From Vulcanimicrobiota bacterium (lineage in GTDB: Bacteria > Vulcanimicrobiota > Vulcanimicrobiia > Vulcanimicrobiales > Vulcanimicrobiaceae), in the NCBI GenBank assembly GCA_963695225.1, contig OY968762.1, positions 256,001 through 320,000 of the forward strand: 64,000 nt of DNA, read 5' to 3'. The notes below the pieces were generated by a model that was not told the DNA's origin, ran no database searches, and worked only from the letters and a program-made list of their open reading frames with translations. Positions 9,512 through 19,354 of this stretch are shown piece after piece. Both the position numbers and the translations under genes were made by a program. The first letter of the stretch is position 1. Every line of letters begins with the position of its first letter.

Positions 9512-10071
9512 AGAGCGCGCTCGAAGGGGTGCGGCAACGCACGTTGATGTCGTCGGACCAGATCGATCGCGCGATCGCTCGTTTGGCCCATCAAATCCTC
9601 GAGCCCGAGGATGCCCAAGACGGCGTCGTCCTGATCGGCATCCGCCGCGGCGGCGAAATCCTCGCGCGCCGCCTCGCCTCCAAAATCGAGGAAATCTCGG
9701 GCCGCAAGCCCGGCATCGGCTTCCTGAACATCAACCTCTACCGCGACGACGACGTCGCTCGCGCGCTGCCGGAATCCGAAATCCACGAAGACCTCACCGG
9801 CAAAGTCGTCGTCATCGTCGACGACGTGCTCTACACCGGCCGCTCCGTCCGTTCCGCGCTCGACGCCGTCACCGATCTCGGCCGCCCGCGCGTGATCCGG
9901 CTCGCCGTACTGATCGATCGCGGCCTGCGCGAGCTCCCGATCCAAGGCGATTACGTCGGGCGCACGATCCCGACCAGCCGGCGCGAGCACATCGACGTGC
10001 ACCTCTCGAAGAGACTCGCGGAATCCGACCGCGTGGTGATCACGAACGAAACCGACGATGCGGGGGCGTAG
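9508..10071 (+). CDS. pyrR: PyrR pyrimidine regulatory protein / UPRTase
   Basis: LYRDD, VDDVLYTGRS, DRGLRELPI; overlaps the valS stop (TTGA). Confidence 0.93.
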   Translation: MKSALEGVRQRTLMSSDQIDRAIARLAHQILEPEDAQDGVVLIGIRRGGEILARRLASKIEEISGRKPGIGFLNINLYRDDDVARALPESEIHEDLTGKVVVIVDDVLYTGRSVRSALDAVTDLGRPRVIRLAVLIDRGLRELPIQGDYVGRTIPTSRREHIDVHLSKRLAESDRVVITNETDDAGA

Positions 10072-10969
10072 CCTCCTCGACCTCGACGACCTCACGAGCG
10101 CCGAACTCCACAATCTCCTCGACCGCGCGCGCGGCTTCGACCGCTCTCCGCCGTCGCGCAGCTTGCTGCACGGCGTCTGCGTCGTCAATCTCTTCTTCGA
10201 GGCGAGCACGCGCACGTTCACGTCGTTCGCGATCGCGGAGCAACGCGTCGGCGCCGACGTCGTCGCGCTCCCGCCCGGCTCGTCGAGCCTCGGGAAGGGC
10301 GAGACGATCGCCGACACGGCGATCACGCTCGACGCGATGGGCGTCAACGTGATCGTCACGCGCCACCCGGAATCGGGCTTCCCGTACCGCCTCGCGGAGA
10401 GCTTTAACGGCCACGTCATCAACGCGGGCGACGGCCGCCACGCGCACCCCACGCAAGCGCTGCTCGACCTGTTCACGCTGCAGAGCGAATTCAACCGCAT
10501 CGAAGGTTTGCGCGTCGCGCTCGTCGGCGACATCCTGCACAGCCGGGTCGCGCGCTCGAACATCATCGGCTTGTCCCGCATGGGCGCCGAGGTCACGCTC
10601 GTCGGCCCGCCGACGCTGCTCCCCGATGCGATGGCGCGCGAGGGCGTGCGCATCGAGCGCGATTTCGACGCGATCCTCCCGGACGTCGACGCCGTGATGC
10701 TCCTGCGCATCCAGCGCGAGCGCATCGAGTCTGCCGTCCTGCCCTCGCTCGACGATTACGCGCGCAACTACCGCATGGATTCCAAACGCCTCGCGAAGCT
10801 GCCGCCGCACGCGATCGTCATGCACCCGGGCCCTTACAACCGCGGCGTCGAGCTCACCGAAGACGTCCTCGCCTGGAATCGCTGGCGCTACGCGCAGCAG
10901 GTCGCGCACGGCGTCCCCGTCCGCATGGCCGTGCTCGATTTCCTCGTGAACGTGCGGGTGCACCCATGA
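10058..10969 (+). CDS. pyrB: Aspartate carbamoyltransferase catalytic subunit
   Basis: FFEASTRT, HPTQALLD, MHPGP. Confidence 0.96.
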   Translation: MRGRSLLDLDDLTSAELHNLLDRARGFDRSPPSRSLLHGVCVVNLFFEASTRTFTSFAIAEQRVGADVVALPPGSSSLGKGETIADTAITLDAMGVNVIVTRHPESGFPYRLAESFNGHVINAGDGRHAHPTQALLDLFTLQSEFNRIEGLRVALVGDILHSRVARSNIIGLSRMGAEVTLVGPPTLLPDAMAREGVRIERDFDAILPDVDAVMLLRIQRERIESAVLPSLDDYARNYRMDSKRLAKLPPHAIVMHPGPYNRGVELTEDVLAWNRWRYAQQVAHGVPVRMAVLDFLVNVRVHP

Positions 10970-12258
10970 ACGTGCTGATCCGAGGCGGCCGCCTCATCGA
11001 CCCCGCGAACGACGTCGACGCGCTCCTCGATCTGCGCATCGCAAACGGTATCGTCGTCGAAATCGGCGAGCACCTCGCACCGGCGGGCGAAGGCGAAGAA
11101 ATCGTCGAGGCCGAGAACGCAATCGTCGCCCCCGGCTTCATCGACATGCACGTCCACCTGCGCGAACCGGGCCAAACGCACAAGGAAACGATCGCAAGCG
11201 GCGTCGCCGCCGCGGTCGCCGGCGGTTACACCGCCGTCGCCTGCATGCCGAACACCGAGCCCGCGCTCGATTCGCCGGCGATGATCTCCGAAGTGGTCGG
11301 CCTCGCCGCGCGCGCGCGCGTCGCGCGCGTGTATCCGATCGGCGCGATCACGCGCGGCCGCGCCGGGAAGGAACTCGCGCCGTATTGGCGCCTGCACGAC
11401 GCCGGCGCGGTCGCCTTCAGCGACGACGGCGCCTGCGTCGAAAACGCGCGCGTCCTGCGCCAGGCGGCGCTGTACGCGCGCGACGTCCCCGGCGTCTTCA
11501 TCTCGCACTGCGAAGACCCGCAGCTCAAAGGCGACGCGCTCATGAACGAAGGCGAGGCCTCGTTCCGGCTCGGCATCGTCGGCAGCCCCGCGCTCGCCGA
11601 AGACGTCCAAGTCGCGCGCGATCTCCTGATCGCCGGCGACACGCGCAAGCGCTTTCACATCGCGCACGTCTCGAGCCGCATGAGCGTCGAGCTGATGCGC
11701 TTCGCGCGCGCGCAGGGCATCACCGCGACCTGCGAAGTCACGCCGCACCATCTCGGCCTGCACGACGACGGCTTCGACCGCTTCCGCGCCGATTCGAAAG
11801 TGAATCCGCCCCTGCGCGGCGAGAGCGACGCCGCCGCGTTGCGCGCCGCCGTCCGCGACGGCACGATCGACGTCTTCGCAACCGATCACGCGCCGCACAC
11901 GCGCGAAGAAAAGGCGCAACTCCTCAGCGGAGCGCCGGTCGGCTTCTCCGGGCTCGAAGTCGCGCTCGGCGCGTACCAAGCCGCGTTGCCGGATCTCCCG
12001 CTGCGCCGCTTCGTCGAACTCCTTGCGACGAACCCGGCGCGCATCCTCGGCGTCCCGGGCGGCGCGTTGCCGCTCGGCGCACCCGGCGACGTGACCGTCT
12101 TTGCCGAGCGCCCCTGGCGCGTCTCGGCGCAAGCATTCTACTCCTTGGGCAAGAATACGCCGTACGATGGACGGATGCTGGAACGGCGCGCGATCGCGAC
12201 GATCGTCGGGGGCCGCGTCGTGATGCGCGACGGCGTGCCCAACGGAGCGCCGCGTTGA
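10966..12258 (+). CDS. pyrC: Dihydroorotase
   Basis: DMHVHLREPG, MPNT, KVNPPLR, TDHAPH. Confidence 0.95.
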   Translation: MNVLIRGGRLIDPANDVDALLDLRIANGIVVEIGEHLAPAGEGEEIVEAENAIVAPGFIDMHVHLREPGQTHKETIASGVAAAVAGGYTAVACMPNTEPALDSPAMISEVVGLAARARVARVYPIGAITRGRAGKELAPYWRLHDAGAVAFSDDGACVENARVLRQAALYARDVPGVFISHCEDPQLKGDALMNEGEASFRLGIVGSPALAEDVQVARDLLIAGDTRKRFHIAHVSSRMSVELMRFARAQGITATCEVTPHHLGLHDDGFDRFRADSKVNPPLRGESDAAALRAAVRDGTIDVFATDHAPHTREEKAQLLSGAPVGFSGLEVALGAYQAALPDLPLRRFVELLATNPARILGVPGGALPLGAPGDVTVFAERPWRVSAQAFYSLGKNTPYDGRMLERRAIATIVGGRVVMRDGVPNGAPR

Positions 12259-13334
12259 AGCCCGCGCTGCTGCTGCTCGCCGACGGAACGCGCTTCGAAG
12301 GCGAAGGGCTCGGTTACGACGCGCTCGCGCTCGGCGAAGCCGTGTTCTTCACGGGCATGACCGGCTACGAAGAGGCGCTGACCGATCCGTCGTACGCGGG
12401 CCAGCTCCTCACGTTCACCTATCCGCTGATCGGGAACTACGGCATCTCGGGCACCGCGGCGCAGCATCCCCGCGCCTGCGTCGCCGGCGCGATCATCAAG
12501 CGCATTTCGTATCATCCTTCGCACCACGCCTCGACGAAAGACCTCCCGACCTGGCTGACGGAACAGCGCGTCCCGACGCTCGTCGGCGTCGATACGCGCG
12601 CGCTGACGATCGCGTTGCGCGAGCACGGCACGATCCGCGCCGTCCTCGCCGTCGGCGAAAGCTCGATCGCGAAGGCGGAAGCGGCGCTCGTCCCGTACGC
12701 GCGCGAAACTTCGACCGTCGGCCTCGTCGCGAGCGTCGCCGCGCGCGAAGTCTCGAATTACGGCGCCGAACCGGACGGCAGCGGCCCGCACGTCGTGTTG
12801 ATCGATTGCGGCGTGAAGCGCGCGATCGTGCGCAACCTCGTCGAGCGCGGCGCGCGCGTCACCGTCGTTCCCTACGAAGTGACGCGCGAGGAAGTCCTCG
12901 CCTACAAGCCCGACGCGCTCGTGATCTCGCCGGGTCCCGGCGACCCGACCGATCTCCCGCAGACGATCGACCTGCTCCGCGGTTTCGTCGGCGAGTTGCC
13001 GATGTTCGGCGTGTGCCTCGGCCATCAGCTCCTCGCCCTCGCCTGCGGCGCCACGACGTTCAAACTCCCGTACGGGCATCGCGGCGGCAACCAGCCCGTC
13101 AAAGTGCTCGAGAGCAACCACGTGCTCGTAACGGCGCAGAATCACGGGTACGCCGTCGACGGCGCGACGCTCCCCGCCGACCTCGAATCGACGATGATCA
13201 ACCTCAACGACGGCACGAACGAAGGCTTCCGGCATCGCCGCTTGCCGATCGCAGGCGTCCAATTCCATCCCGAAGCATCGCCCGGGCCGGGAGACGCGCG
13301 CTACCTGTTCGGGACATGGCTCGAGCAAATCTGA
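12255..13334 (+). CDS. carA: Carbamoyl-phosphate synthase small subunit
   Basis: TGMTGY..LTDPSY, GVCLGHQ, QFHPEA; TTG start overlapping the pyrC stop. Confidence 0.95.
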   Translation: MKPALLLLADGTRFEGEGLGYDALALGEAVFFTGMTGYEEALTDPSYAGQLLTFTYPLIGNYGISGTAAQHPRACVAGAIIKRISYHPSHHASTKDLPTWLTEQRVPTLVGVDTRALTIALREHGTIRAVLAVGESSIAKAEAALVPYARETSTVGLVASVAAREVSNYGAEPDGSGPHVVLIDCGVKRAIVRNLVERGARVTVVPYEVTREEVLAYKPDALVISPGPGDPTDLPQTIDLLRGFVGELPMFGVCLGHQLLALACGATTFKLPYGHRGGNQPVKVLESNHVLVTAQNHGYAVDGATLPADLESTMINLNDGTNEGFRHRRLPIAGVQFHPEASPGPGDARYLFGTWLEQI

Positions 13335-14257
13335 CCCCCGCGCGCGCGCCGCAGCGCGCCCTCGCCCTCGCGTTCGCAGCCGCCGCGGCCCTCGCAACGT
13401 GCGGCGCGGCCCGGGCGCAAACGGAACGGCTGCCGAGCTTCCACGTGAAGGCGTTCGAACTCGCCGGAGACCGCGCGAGCGCGATGGTCGGCGATCCGGT
13501 GCGTTTGACGCTCCGCATCCGGCTCGACGAAAAGGTGCAGGCGCTCGATCGCGTGACGCTTCCGAACCTCGGCGGCTTCGATTCCTACGGCGACGAACGC
13601 CATTGCGTCCCCGCCGGCAACGGAAGCGAATGCACGGAGCTGCTGACCGTGCGCGGCCTTTCGCCCGGCAACTACACGCTCGGCCCCGCGGTGTTCGAGG
13701 CGGTCGATGCGACGACCGGAAAACCGAGCCGGTTCGAATCGAACGCGGTATCGATCAGCGTCGAGCCGCGCGCCGTGACGTACGGTTCGCATCTTCCCGA
13801 GTATGGCATCGTCGCTGCGATCGTCTTGGCCGTCGGCCTCGCCGTCGTGTTCGTCTTGCGGCGGCGCAGCGGCCCCGCGGTCGGCACGGTCAGGCGTCTC
13901 GAGCCGGAAGTCGTCGAGGAACCCGCGCCGTCGACGTTGCCCGTCTCGCGCGCCGAGCCGATGGACGACGAATCGCGTTGGCGCCTGATCATGGCGAATC
14001 TTGCGTCGCGCCCCTCGCGTACGCGCGTCCTCATCGTGCGCACTGCGCTACGCGAGCGCCTCGGCGCGCGCGAGGACGAGACGTTCGGCGACCTGATGGC
14101 GCGCTACGCCGCGACCGGCGATGCGGAGCTCCTCGACGCGATGCGCGCGATCGAGCGGGCCGCCTTCATCGACGACGAGCACCTCGAAGCCGCGGTCCGC
14201 GACGCCCTCGGCCCCCTCGACCGTTTCGCCCGCTCCTCAAGCCGCTTCCGGCGCTAA
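13316..14257 (+). CDS. BatD-like exported/membrane protein (start uncertain)
   Basis: Signal peptide, Ig-like beta domain (VGDPVRLT..GNYTLGP..SNAVSISV), one TM helix; directly upstream of MoxR. Confidence 0.65.
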   Translation: MARANLTPARAPQRALALAFAAAAALATCGAARAQTERLPSFHVKAFELAGDRASAMVGDPVRLTLRIRLDEKVQALDRVTLPNLGGFDSYGDERHCVPAGNGSECTELLTVRGLSPGNYTLGPAVFEAVDATTGKPSRFESNAVSISVEPRAVTYGSHLPEYGIVAAIVLAVGLAVVFVLRRRSGPAVGTVRRLEPEVVEEPAPSTLPVSRAEPMDDESRWRLIMANLASRPSRTRVLIVRTALRERLGAREDETFGDLMARYAATGDAELLDAMRAIERAAFIDDEHLEAAVRDALGPLDRFARSSSRFRR

Positions 14258-14260
14258 CGC

Positions 14261-15181
14261 GTGCGCGAACCGAAGGTTCTCCTCGATGCGCTCGAGACGA
14301 CGATCGTCGGCCAGCGCCCCGTGCTCGAAGCGCTCGTGCTGGCGTTGATCGCCGACGGCCATCTCTTGCTCGAAGGCCCGCCCGGCCTCGCGAAAACACT
14401 CGCCTGCCGCGCGCTCGCGCGAGCGGTCGGCGGCAGCTTCAAGCGCGTGCAATTCACGCCGGACCTCTTGCCGAGCGACATCGTCGGCACGCGCATCTTC
14501 GACCAGAAAGCCGGCGACTTCGCAACCTCGCTCGGCCCGATCTTCGCGAACATCGTGCTCGCCGACGAAATCAACCGCGCCCCCGCGAAAGTCCAATCCG
14601 CACTGCTGGAAGCGATGCAGGAACGCCAGGTCACGATCGGCTTGCAGACGCACGCGCTTCCCGATCCGTTCGTCGTCCTCGCCACGATGAACCCGCTCGA
14701 ACACGAAGGCACCTACGCGCTCCCGCTCGCGCAGAACGATCGTTTCCTGATGAAGGTCCTCGTCGGCTACCCGACGCCGGAAGAAGAAGCCGGGATCGTA
14801 CGGCGTTTCGGCGGCGAGCCGCCGGAATTGCCCTCGAACGTCGTCTCGATCGAAGACGTCGCGAGCTGGCGCCACGCCGCCCGCGCGATCTACGTCGAGC
14901 CCCGCGCAATCGAATACGCGGTTCGCCTCGTCGGCGCCACTCGCGCCACGCATGCGCACGTCGAAGGCGGCGCAAGCCCCCGCGCGACGCTCGCGCTCGT
15001 CGCAATCGCCCGCGCCCGCGCGCTCCTCGAGGGCCGCGACTACGTGCTCCCCGACGACGTCCGCAACTCCGCGCTCGCCGCCATGCGCCACCGCATCCAG
15101 CCGACGTATCAAGCCATGAAAGAGAACATCGGCCCCGACGCGATCGTCACCGAAGTCATCGCCGCCGTCACCCCGCCGTAG
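14261..15181 (+). CDS. MoxR family AAA+ ATPase
   Basis: LLEGPPGLAKT, QFTPDLLPSD, LADEINRA..QSALLEAM.ERQVT. Confidence 0.95.
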   Translation: MREPKVLLDALETTIVGQRPVLEALVLALIADGHLLLEGPPGLAKTLACRALARAVGGSFKRVQFTPDLLPSDIVGTRIFDQKAGDFATSLGPIFANIVLADEINRAPAKVQSALLEAMQERQVTIGLQTHALPDPFVVLATMNPLEHEGTYALPLAQNDRFLMKVLVGYPTPEEEAGIVRRFGGEPPELPSNVVSIEDVASWRHAARAIYVEPRAIEYAVRLVGATRATHAHVEGGASPRATLALVAIARARALLEGRDYVLPDDVRNSALAAMRHRIQPTYQAMKENIGPDAIVTEVIAAVTPP

Positions 15182-15238
15182 CCGCCAGGACGCTGCGCAG
15201 GCCGCCGGCCACGTAACGCGCGCGAATGCGCGCGGCTC

Positions 15239-15979
15239 TTAGCGCCGCACCGCACCAGCCGTCGTCCGCTGGAGGAACGCCTGCACGCGATCCCAGGCGT
15301 CTGCGGCTTCGCGGGCCGCTATGCTGTTGCCGGCGGCGCGGAAGAATGAGTGCCCCACGTTCGGATACAGTTGCAGTTCGTAGGCCTTGCCGTGCGCGGT
15401 GAGCCTGCGCTCGATCGCCGCCACGTCGCTCTCGCCGATCAGCGCGTCCACCCCTCCGAAAACCAGCAGCAGCGGCGCGCGCACCGCCGCGACGTCGTCG
15501 AGCGGCGCGCCCTCGCCGCTCGGCATCGGCGACGTGATGCTCTGTCCGTAGAACGCAACCGCCCCGACGAGCCCCGGCAGCGTCGAGGTCACGAACGCGA
15601 CCGTCCCGCCGAACCCGAAGCCCCACGTCGCAATCCGCCCGTTCTCGACGAACGGCTGCGCGTTGAGCCAATCGCGCGCCGCCGAAACGTCGGCGCGCAG
15701 CCCCGCCTTCGTGACGGAGCGCGTCGCCTCGGTCCCCCGCCGGCGCCCCTCCTCGGTAAACGGCTGTTGCAGGTCAGGATCCGTGCGGTGGAAGTAGTCG
15801 ATCGCCAGCCCGACGTACCCCGTGCTCGCGAGCAAATCGGTGATGCGGCGCAGCTCGTCGTCGAAACCGTAGACGCCCTCGAGCACGATCGCCGCCGGGT
15901 GCCGTCCGCGATCGGGGCGAGCCAGGTAGCACGTCATCGGCAGACCATCGACGTCGATCGTCACGGTGCTGGTGGTCAC
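15239..15979 (-). CDS. Dienelactone hydrolase family protein lacking the catalytic Cys
   Basis: DLH fold motifs (EGVYG, FYG, GGVD, YPNVGHSF, AADAW); nucleophile elbow reads GFGFGG; GGAGG SD. Confidence 0.88.
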   Translation of the reverse strand: MTTSTVTIDVDGLPMTCYLARPDRGRHPAAIVLEGVYGFDDELRRITDLLASTGYVGLAIDYFHRTDPDLQQPFTEEGRRRGTEATRSVTKAGLRADVSAARDWLNAQPFVENGRIATWGFGFGGTVAFVTSTLPGLVGAVAFYGQSITSPMPSGEGAPLDDVAAVRAPLLLVFGGVDALIGESDVAAIERRLTAHGKAYELQLYPNVGHSFFRAAGNSIAAREAADAWDRVQAFLQRTTAGAVRR

Positions 15980-16015
15980 GCGCTTCCTCCCCCGTCCTGG
16001 GTTGCGACATTTGTC

Positions 16016-17557
16016 TTATCTCGCCGGCCCCGCGGTACCTTTGACGACGCCGCCCCGGCCGCCGGTGAAGTAGCGATAGAGAAACCGGTCCGAAACGCCG
16101 GGCAACACCCGCTCGACCCTCCCCCGTTCCACCTCGACCGGCTCCGGGCTCAACAAGTAGACCGGGCGGCTGCGCGCCGTCGACGCCGGCCAGTCCGCGA
16201 CGTCCTCCGGATGCGAGCTGACGACGATGCGCCCGGGGAGCGTCCCGTCCACGTACGCCGCGTACCCGAGCGTCGTCGCGTCGGACCAAATCGCGACGAT
16301 CGCGCTCCCGGCCGGAACCGCGGCCGCCACGTCGCGGATGAACGGCCGCCGTTCGAGCGAGTGGCGTTCGGCCGTCATCCCCACGTTCAGCGCGAGGACG
16401 TTCGCGGCGGCGAACGCCGTGGCCGCGCCCGCGGCCCACCTCCACGGGACGTCGAACGGCAGCTCGCGCAGCGCGTTCGGCGCGGCGGCGATGCAGAGGC
16501 CCGCGAACCACAGCGAGAGCAGACGGTAGCGCTCCGGGTCCGATTCGATCGCGAACGCATACGAGAACGGGACCGCGCCCAAGCCCAGCACCGCGAGCGC
16601 CAGGGCGAGTTCCGCGTCGCGCCGCACGAGCGCGATGAGGCCCGCGCACGCCAGCGGGAGGCCGAGGATGCCGCACTGATGCACGACCAGCGCGATCCAG
16701 CGGGAGGCGTACGAGCCGAACTTCCACCACTCCAGCGGCGCGGCGAGCGCGATCTTCCCGGCGTCGAAATCGCTTCCGGTCACTTCCCGCACGAAACCAT
16801 CCATGGAGGCCGGGTGCAGGTAGTCGTAGAGGAACGAATCGACGCCGGGGAGCGCCGCGATCGGATCGATGCCGTGCGCGCTCACGTATGCCGAGCGGAG
16901 CGGCAGGTAGGCGTAGAGCGAGAGGGAGAGCGCGACGATCCCGGCGCACAGCGCCAGCTGGCGCAGACCTACCGGATGCCGCCTGGCGTCCAGGGCGAGG
17001 ATCAGGATGAAACCCGGCACGAGCCAGACACCGTTGGGGTGGACCGCGAGGCCGAGGCCGAGCCCCGCGGCCGCGACGTAGAGGAAGCGCGTGCCGCCCT
17101 CGAGGTACCGGCGGACGAGCGCGTAGATCGTCAGCGCGCCGAGCGGAAGCGCGAGCGAATGGACGTCGGCCCGCTGCCCGTTCCACCACACGTTGTGTCC
17201 GAACGCGAACGCGAACGTCCCGCAGAGCGCGGCCGGCCACGGCGCTTCGAGCAGGACGGCGGTCTCGTAGAGCAGCCAACACGCGGCGGCGACCGTGGTC
17301 GCCGAGAACAGATTCATGCGGAAGGCGACGCTCCCGAAGGGGAGCGCGTGGCTCCAGGCCCACCCGGCGAGCACGTAGAGCGGAAACCCCGTCGGATGCG
17401 CGATGCCGAGCAGGTACGGCACGCTCTGCATCTCCGCCGTATCCCATTTCGAAGGCTCGGCCGAAAGCGACGCCGCGTAGAACGCGAACGGCAGCAAGAA
17501 CGCGAGCGACTGCGCGGCGCGCGAGAGGAAGCGCATCCTCGCCCGAGTTGGCCGCAT
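16016..17557 (-). CDS. DUF2723 / GT117-like (TMEM260-like) membrane glycosyltransferase (start uncertain, 17557 or 17536)
   Basis: DTAEMQ, GIAHPTGFPLY, YAYLPLRS; many TM helices. Confidence 0.82.
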   Translation of the reverse strand: MRPTRARMRFLSRAAQSLAFLLPFAFYAASLSAEPSKWDTAEMQSVPYLLGIAHPTGFPLYVLAGWAWSHALPFGSVAFRMNLFSATTVAAACWLLYETAVLLEAPWPAALCGTFAFAFGHNVWWNGQRADVHSLALPLGALTIYALVRRYLEGGTRFLYVAAAGLGLGLAVHPNGVWLVPGFILILALDARRHPVGLRQLALCAGIVALSLSLYAYLPLRSAYVSAHGIDPIAALPGVDSFLYDYLHPASMDGFVREVTGSDFDAGKIALAAPLEWWKFGSYASRWIALVVHQCGILGLPLACAGLIALVRRDAELALALAVLGLGAVPFSYAFAIESDPERYRLLSLWFAGLCIAAAPNALRELPFDVPWRWAAGAATAFAAANVLALNVGMTAERHSLERRPFIRDVAAAVPAGSAIVAIWSDATTLGYAAYVDGTLPGRIVVSSHPEDVADWPASTARSRPVYLLSPEPVEVERGRVERVLPGVSDRFLYRYFTGGRGGVVKGTAGPAR

Positions 17558-18434
17558 GCCGCGAGGGGCCCTCGCCGCCGGCGCGCGAACCTCCGCGCAA
17601 CGAAGGAGAACGGCTTCGCACCAGATCCTCACGGCGCGCCTCAGAAATGCGTTGCTGCGCGGTCCGCGCCGGCGCGGACCGCGCGGCGCGAGCGCGCCAT
17701 CCCGCCGCCGCTCCGACGGCTATGAATTCGCGGAACTGCGCGCCTACACGCCCGGCGACGACCCGCGCCGCATCGATTGGGCCGCCACCGCCCGCGCGGG
17801 CGAATTGCAGACGCGCGTCGTCTTCGAGGATCACGCGCTCGTCGTCGCCGCCGCGGTCGATGCCTCCGCCTCGATGTTCGTCGGCCGCAGCCGCGCGCTC
17901 TACGACGTCGCCTGCGAAGCCGCCGCGCTCTGGTACGGCGTCGTTCGCGACGGCGACCGCGCCGTCCGCATCGTCGCCGACGGCGTGGTCCGTCCGCGCG
18001 AATTGCGCGCCGATTCCGTCGCACGCCATTGCGCGAGCGTCCGCGAGGCGCGCGGCACGCCCTTCGCGGAGACGCTCGCGCTCGCGAGCGCGGTCGTTCC
18101 CCGCGGCGCCGCGCTGCTGATCGTCTCCGACTTCTTCGAACTCGAGGCCTACCGCGACCGCCTCGTCGCCTGCGCCGCGCGCGCCGACGCCTACGCGCTC
18201 GTCCTGCGCGATCCATGGGCGGACGATCTCCCGCTCGGCGGTTTCGTGCACTTGGGCGACGCGGAAACCGGCGAGACCGCGCGCGTCTTCATCGGAGCGC
18301 GGGAACGGGAGCGTTTCCGCGCGCGCGTCGCCGAGCGCGAAGCCGAAGTGCGAGCGATCCTCGAAGCCTGCGGCCTCACCGTCGGCATCCTCGCCGAAGC
18401 CGCCCCCGAAACCGCCCTCGAGGCCTTCCTGTGA
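17556..18434 (+). CDS. DUF58 family protein (start probably further downstream)
   Basis: EFAELRAYTPGDDPRRIDW, DASASM, IVSDF. Confidence 0.88.
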   Translation: MPRGALAAGARTSAQRRRTASHQILTARLRNALLRGPRRRGPRGASAPSRRRSDGYEFAELRAYTPGDDPRRIDWAATARAGELQTRVVFEDHALVVAAAVDASASMFVGRSRALYDVACEAAALWYGVVRDGDRAVRIVADGVVRPRELRADSVARHCASVREARGTPFAETLALASAVVPRGAALLIVSDFFELEAYRDRLVACAARADAYALVLRDPWADDLPLGGFVHLGDAETGETARVFIGARERERFRARVAEREAEVRAILEACGLTVGILAEAAPETALEAFL

Positions 18435-19354
18435 GCTTCGCGCATCCGCTCTGGCTCCTCGCCGCGCTCCTCGCCGCGTTCGCGTTCGCTCGCCTCTATC
18501 GCGAGTTGGAACGGCGCACGGCCGCGCAATCGCTCGCATATTCGAATCTCGCTTTCGCGCTCGAGGCGCTGCGCGCGCCGCGTTGGCCCGGAATGGTCGT
18601 CCTGTGGGCCTGGCTCGCCGGGGTCGCCGCGCTCGGCGTCGCGCTCGCGGGCCCGCGCATGTGGGCGCTCGTCCCCGTCAAAGACGGCAGCGTCGTGCTC
18701 TGCATCGACACGTCGGGCTCGATGCGCGCCACCGACGTCGAGCCGACGCGCGCGCTCGCGGCGAAGCGCGCCGCGCGGACGTTCGTCGATGCCGCGCCGG
18801 ACGGCGCGCGCATCGGCGTCGTCACGTTTTCCTCGGGGGCGAGCGTGCTCCAGGCGCCGAGCGCCGAGCGCGCCGACGTGCGCGACGCGCTCGACCGGAT
18901 CCCCGAGCCCGACGGCGCCACGGCGGTCGGCGACGCGCTCGCGCTCGCGGGCGAGCAGCTCCCGCCGGGAGGGCGCCGCGTCGTGATCCTCATGACGGAC
19001 GGGGTCACGAACCGCGGCGCCGACCCCCTGGCGGTCGCCCGCGCGCTCGCAGCGAAGGGGATCACCGTGTACACGATCGGCATCGGGACGAGCGGAAGCG
19101 GCGAGTTGATCCCGGGCACGAACGAGCCCGCCGACCTCGATCGAGCCGGCCTGCAATCGATCGCCGAAACGACGGGCGGCACGTACGCCGAAGTCGGCGA
19201 CGCGCGCGCCCTCGAGGCCGCCTTCGCCGACCTCGCCCGAAAGACGGTCTGGGAGCCCCGGCGCGTCGAAGCCGCCCTCCCCTTCGCCCTCGCCGGCGGC
19301 GCCTTGATGCTCTCCGCCTTCCTCTTCGGCTTCGCAGCCGGAAAGCTCCCATAG
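18431..19354 (+). CDS. vWA domain protein (BatA-like)
   Basis: N-terminal FAHPLWL, MIDAS DTSGSM, TAVGDA, LMTDG; GTGA overlap with DUF58. Confidence 0.9.
   Translation: MSFAHPLWLLAALLAAFAFARLYRELERRTAAQSLAYSNLAFALEALRAPRWPGMVVLWAWLAGVAALGVALAGPRMWALVPVKDGSVVLCIDTSGSMRATDVEPTRALAAKRAARTFVDAAPDGARIGVVTFSSGASVLQAPSAERADVRDALDRIPEPDGATAVGDALALAGEQLPPGGRRVVILMTDGVTNRGADPLAVARALAAKGITVYTIGIGTSGSGELIPGTNEPADLDRAGLQSIAETTGGTYAEVGDARALEAAFADLARKTVWEPRRVEAALPFALAGGALMLSAFLFGFAAGKLP

Noticed and set aside
15350..18539. Very long alternative ORFs (791 aa, 921 aa) and many similar ones across the window
   Set aside because: Arg/Ala/Gly-rich shadow frames overlapping recognisable genes, expected in high-GC DNA
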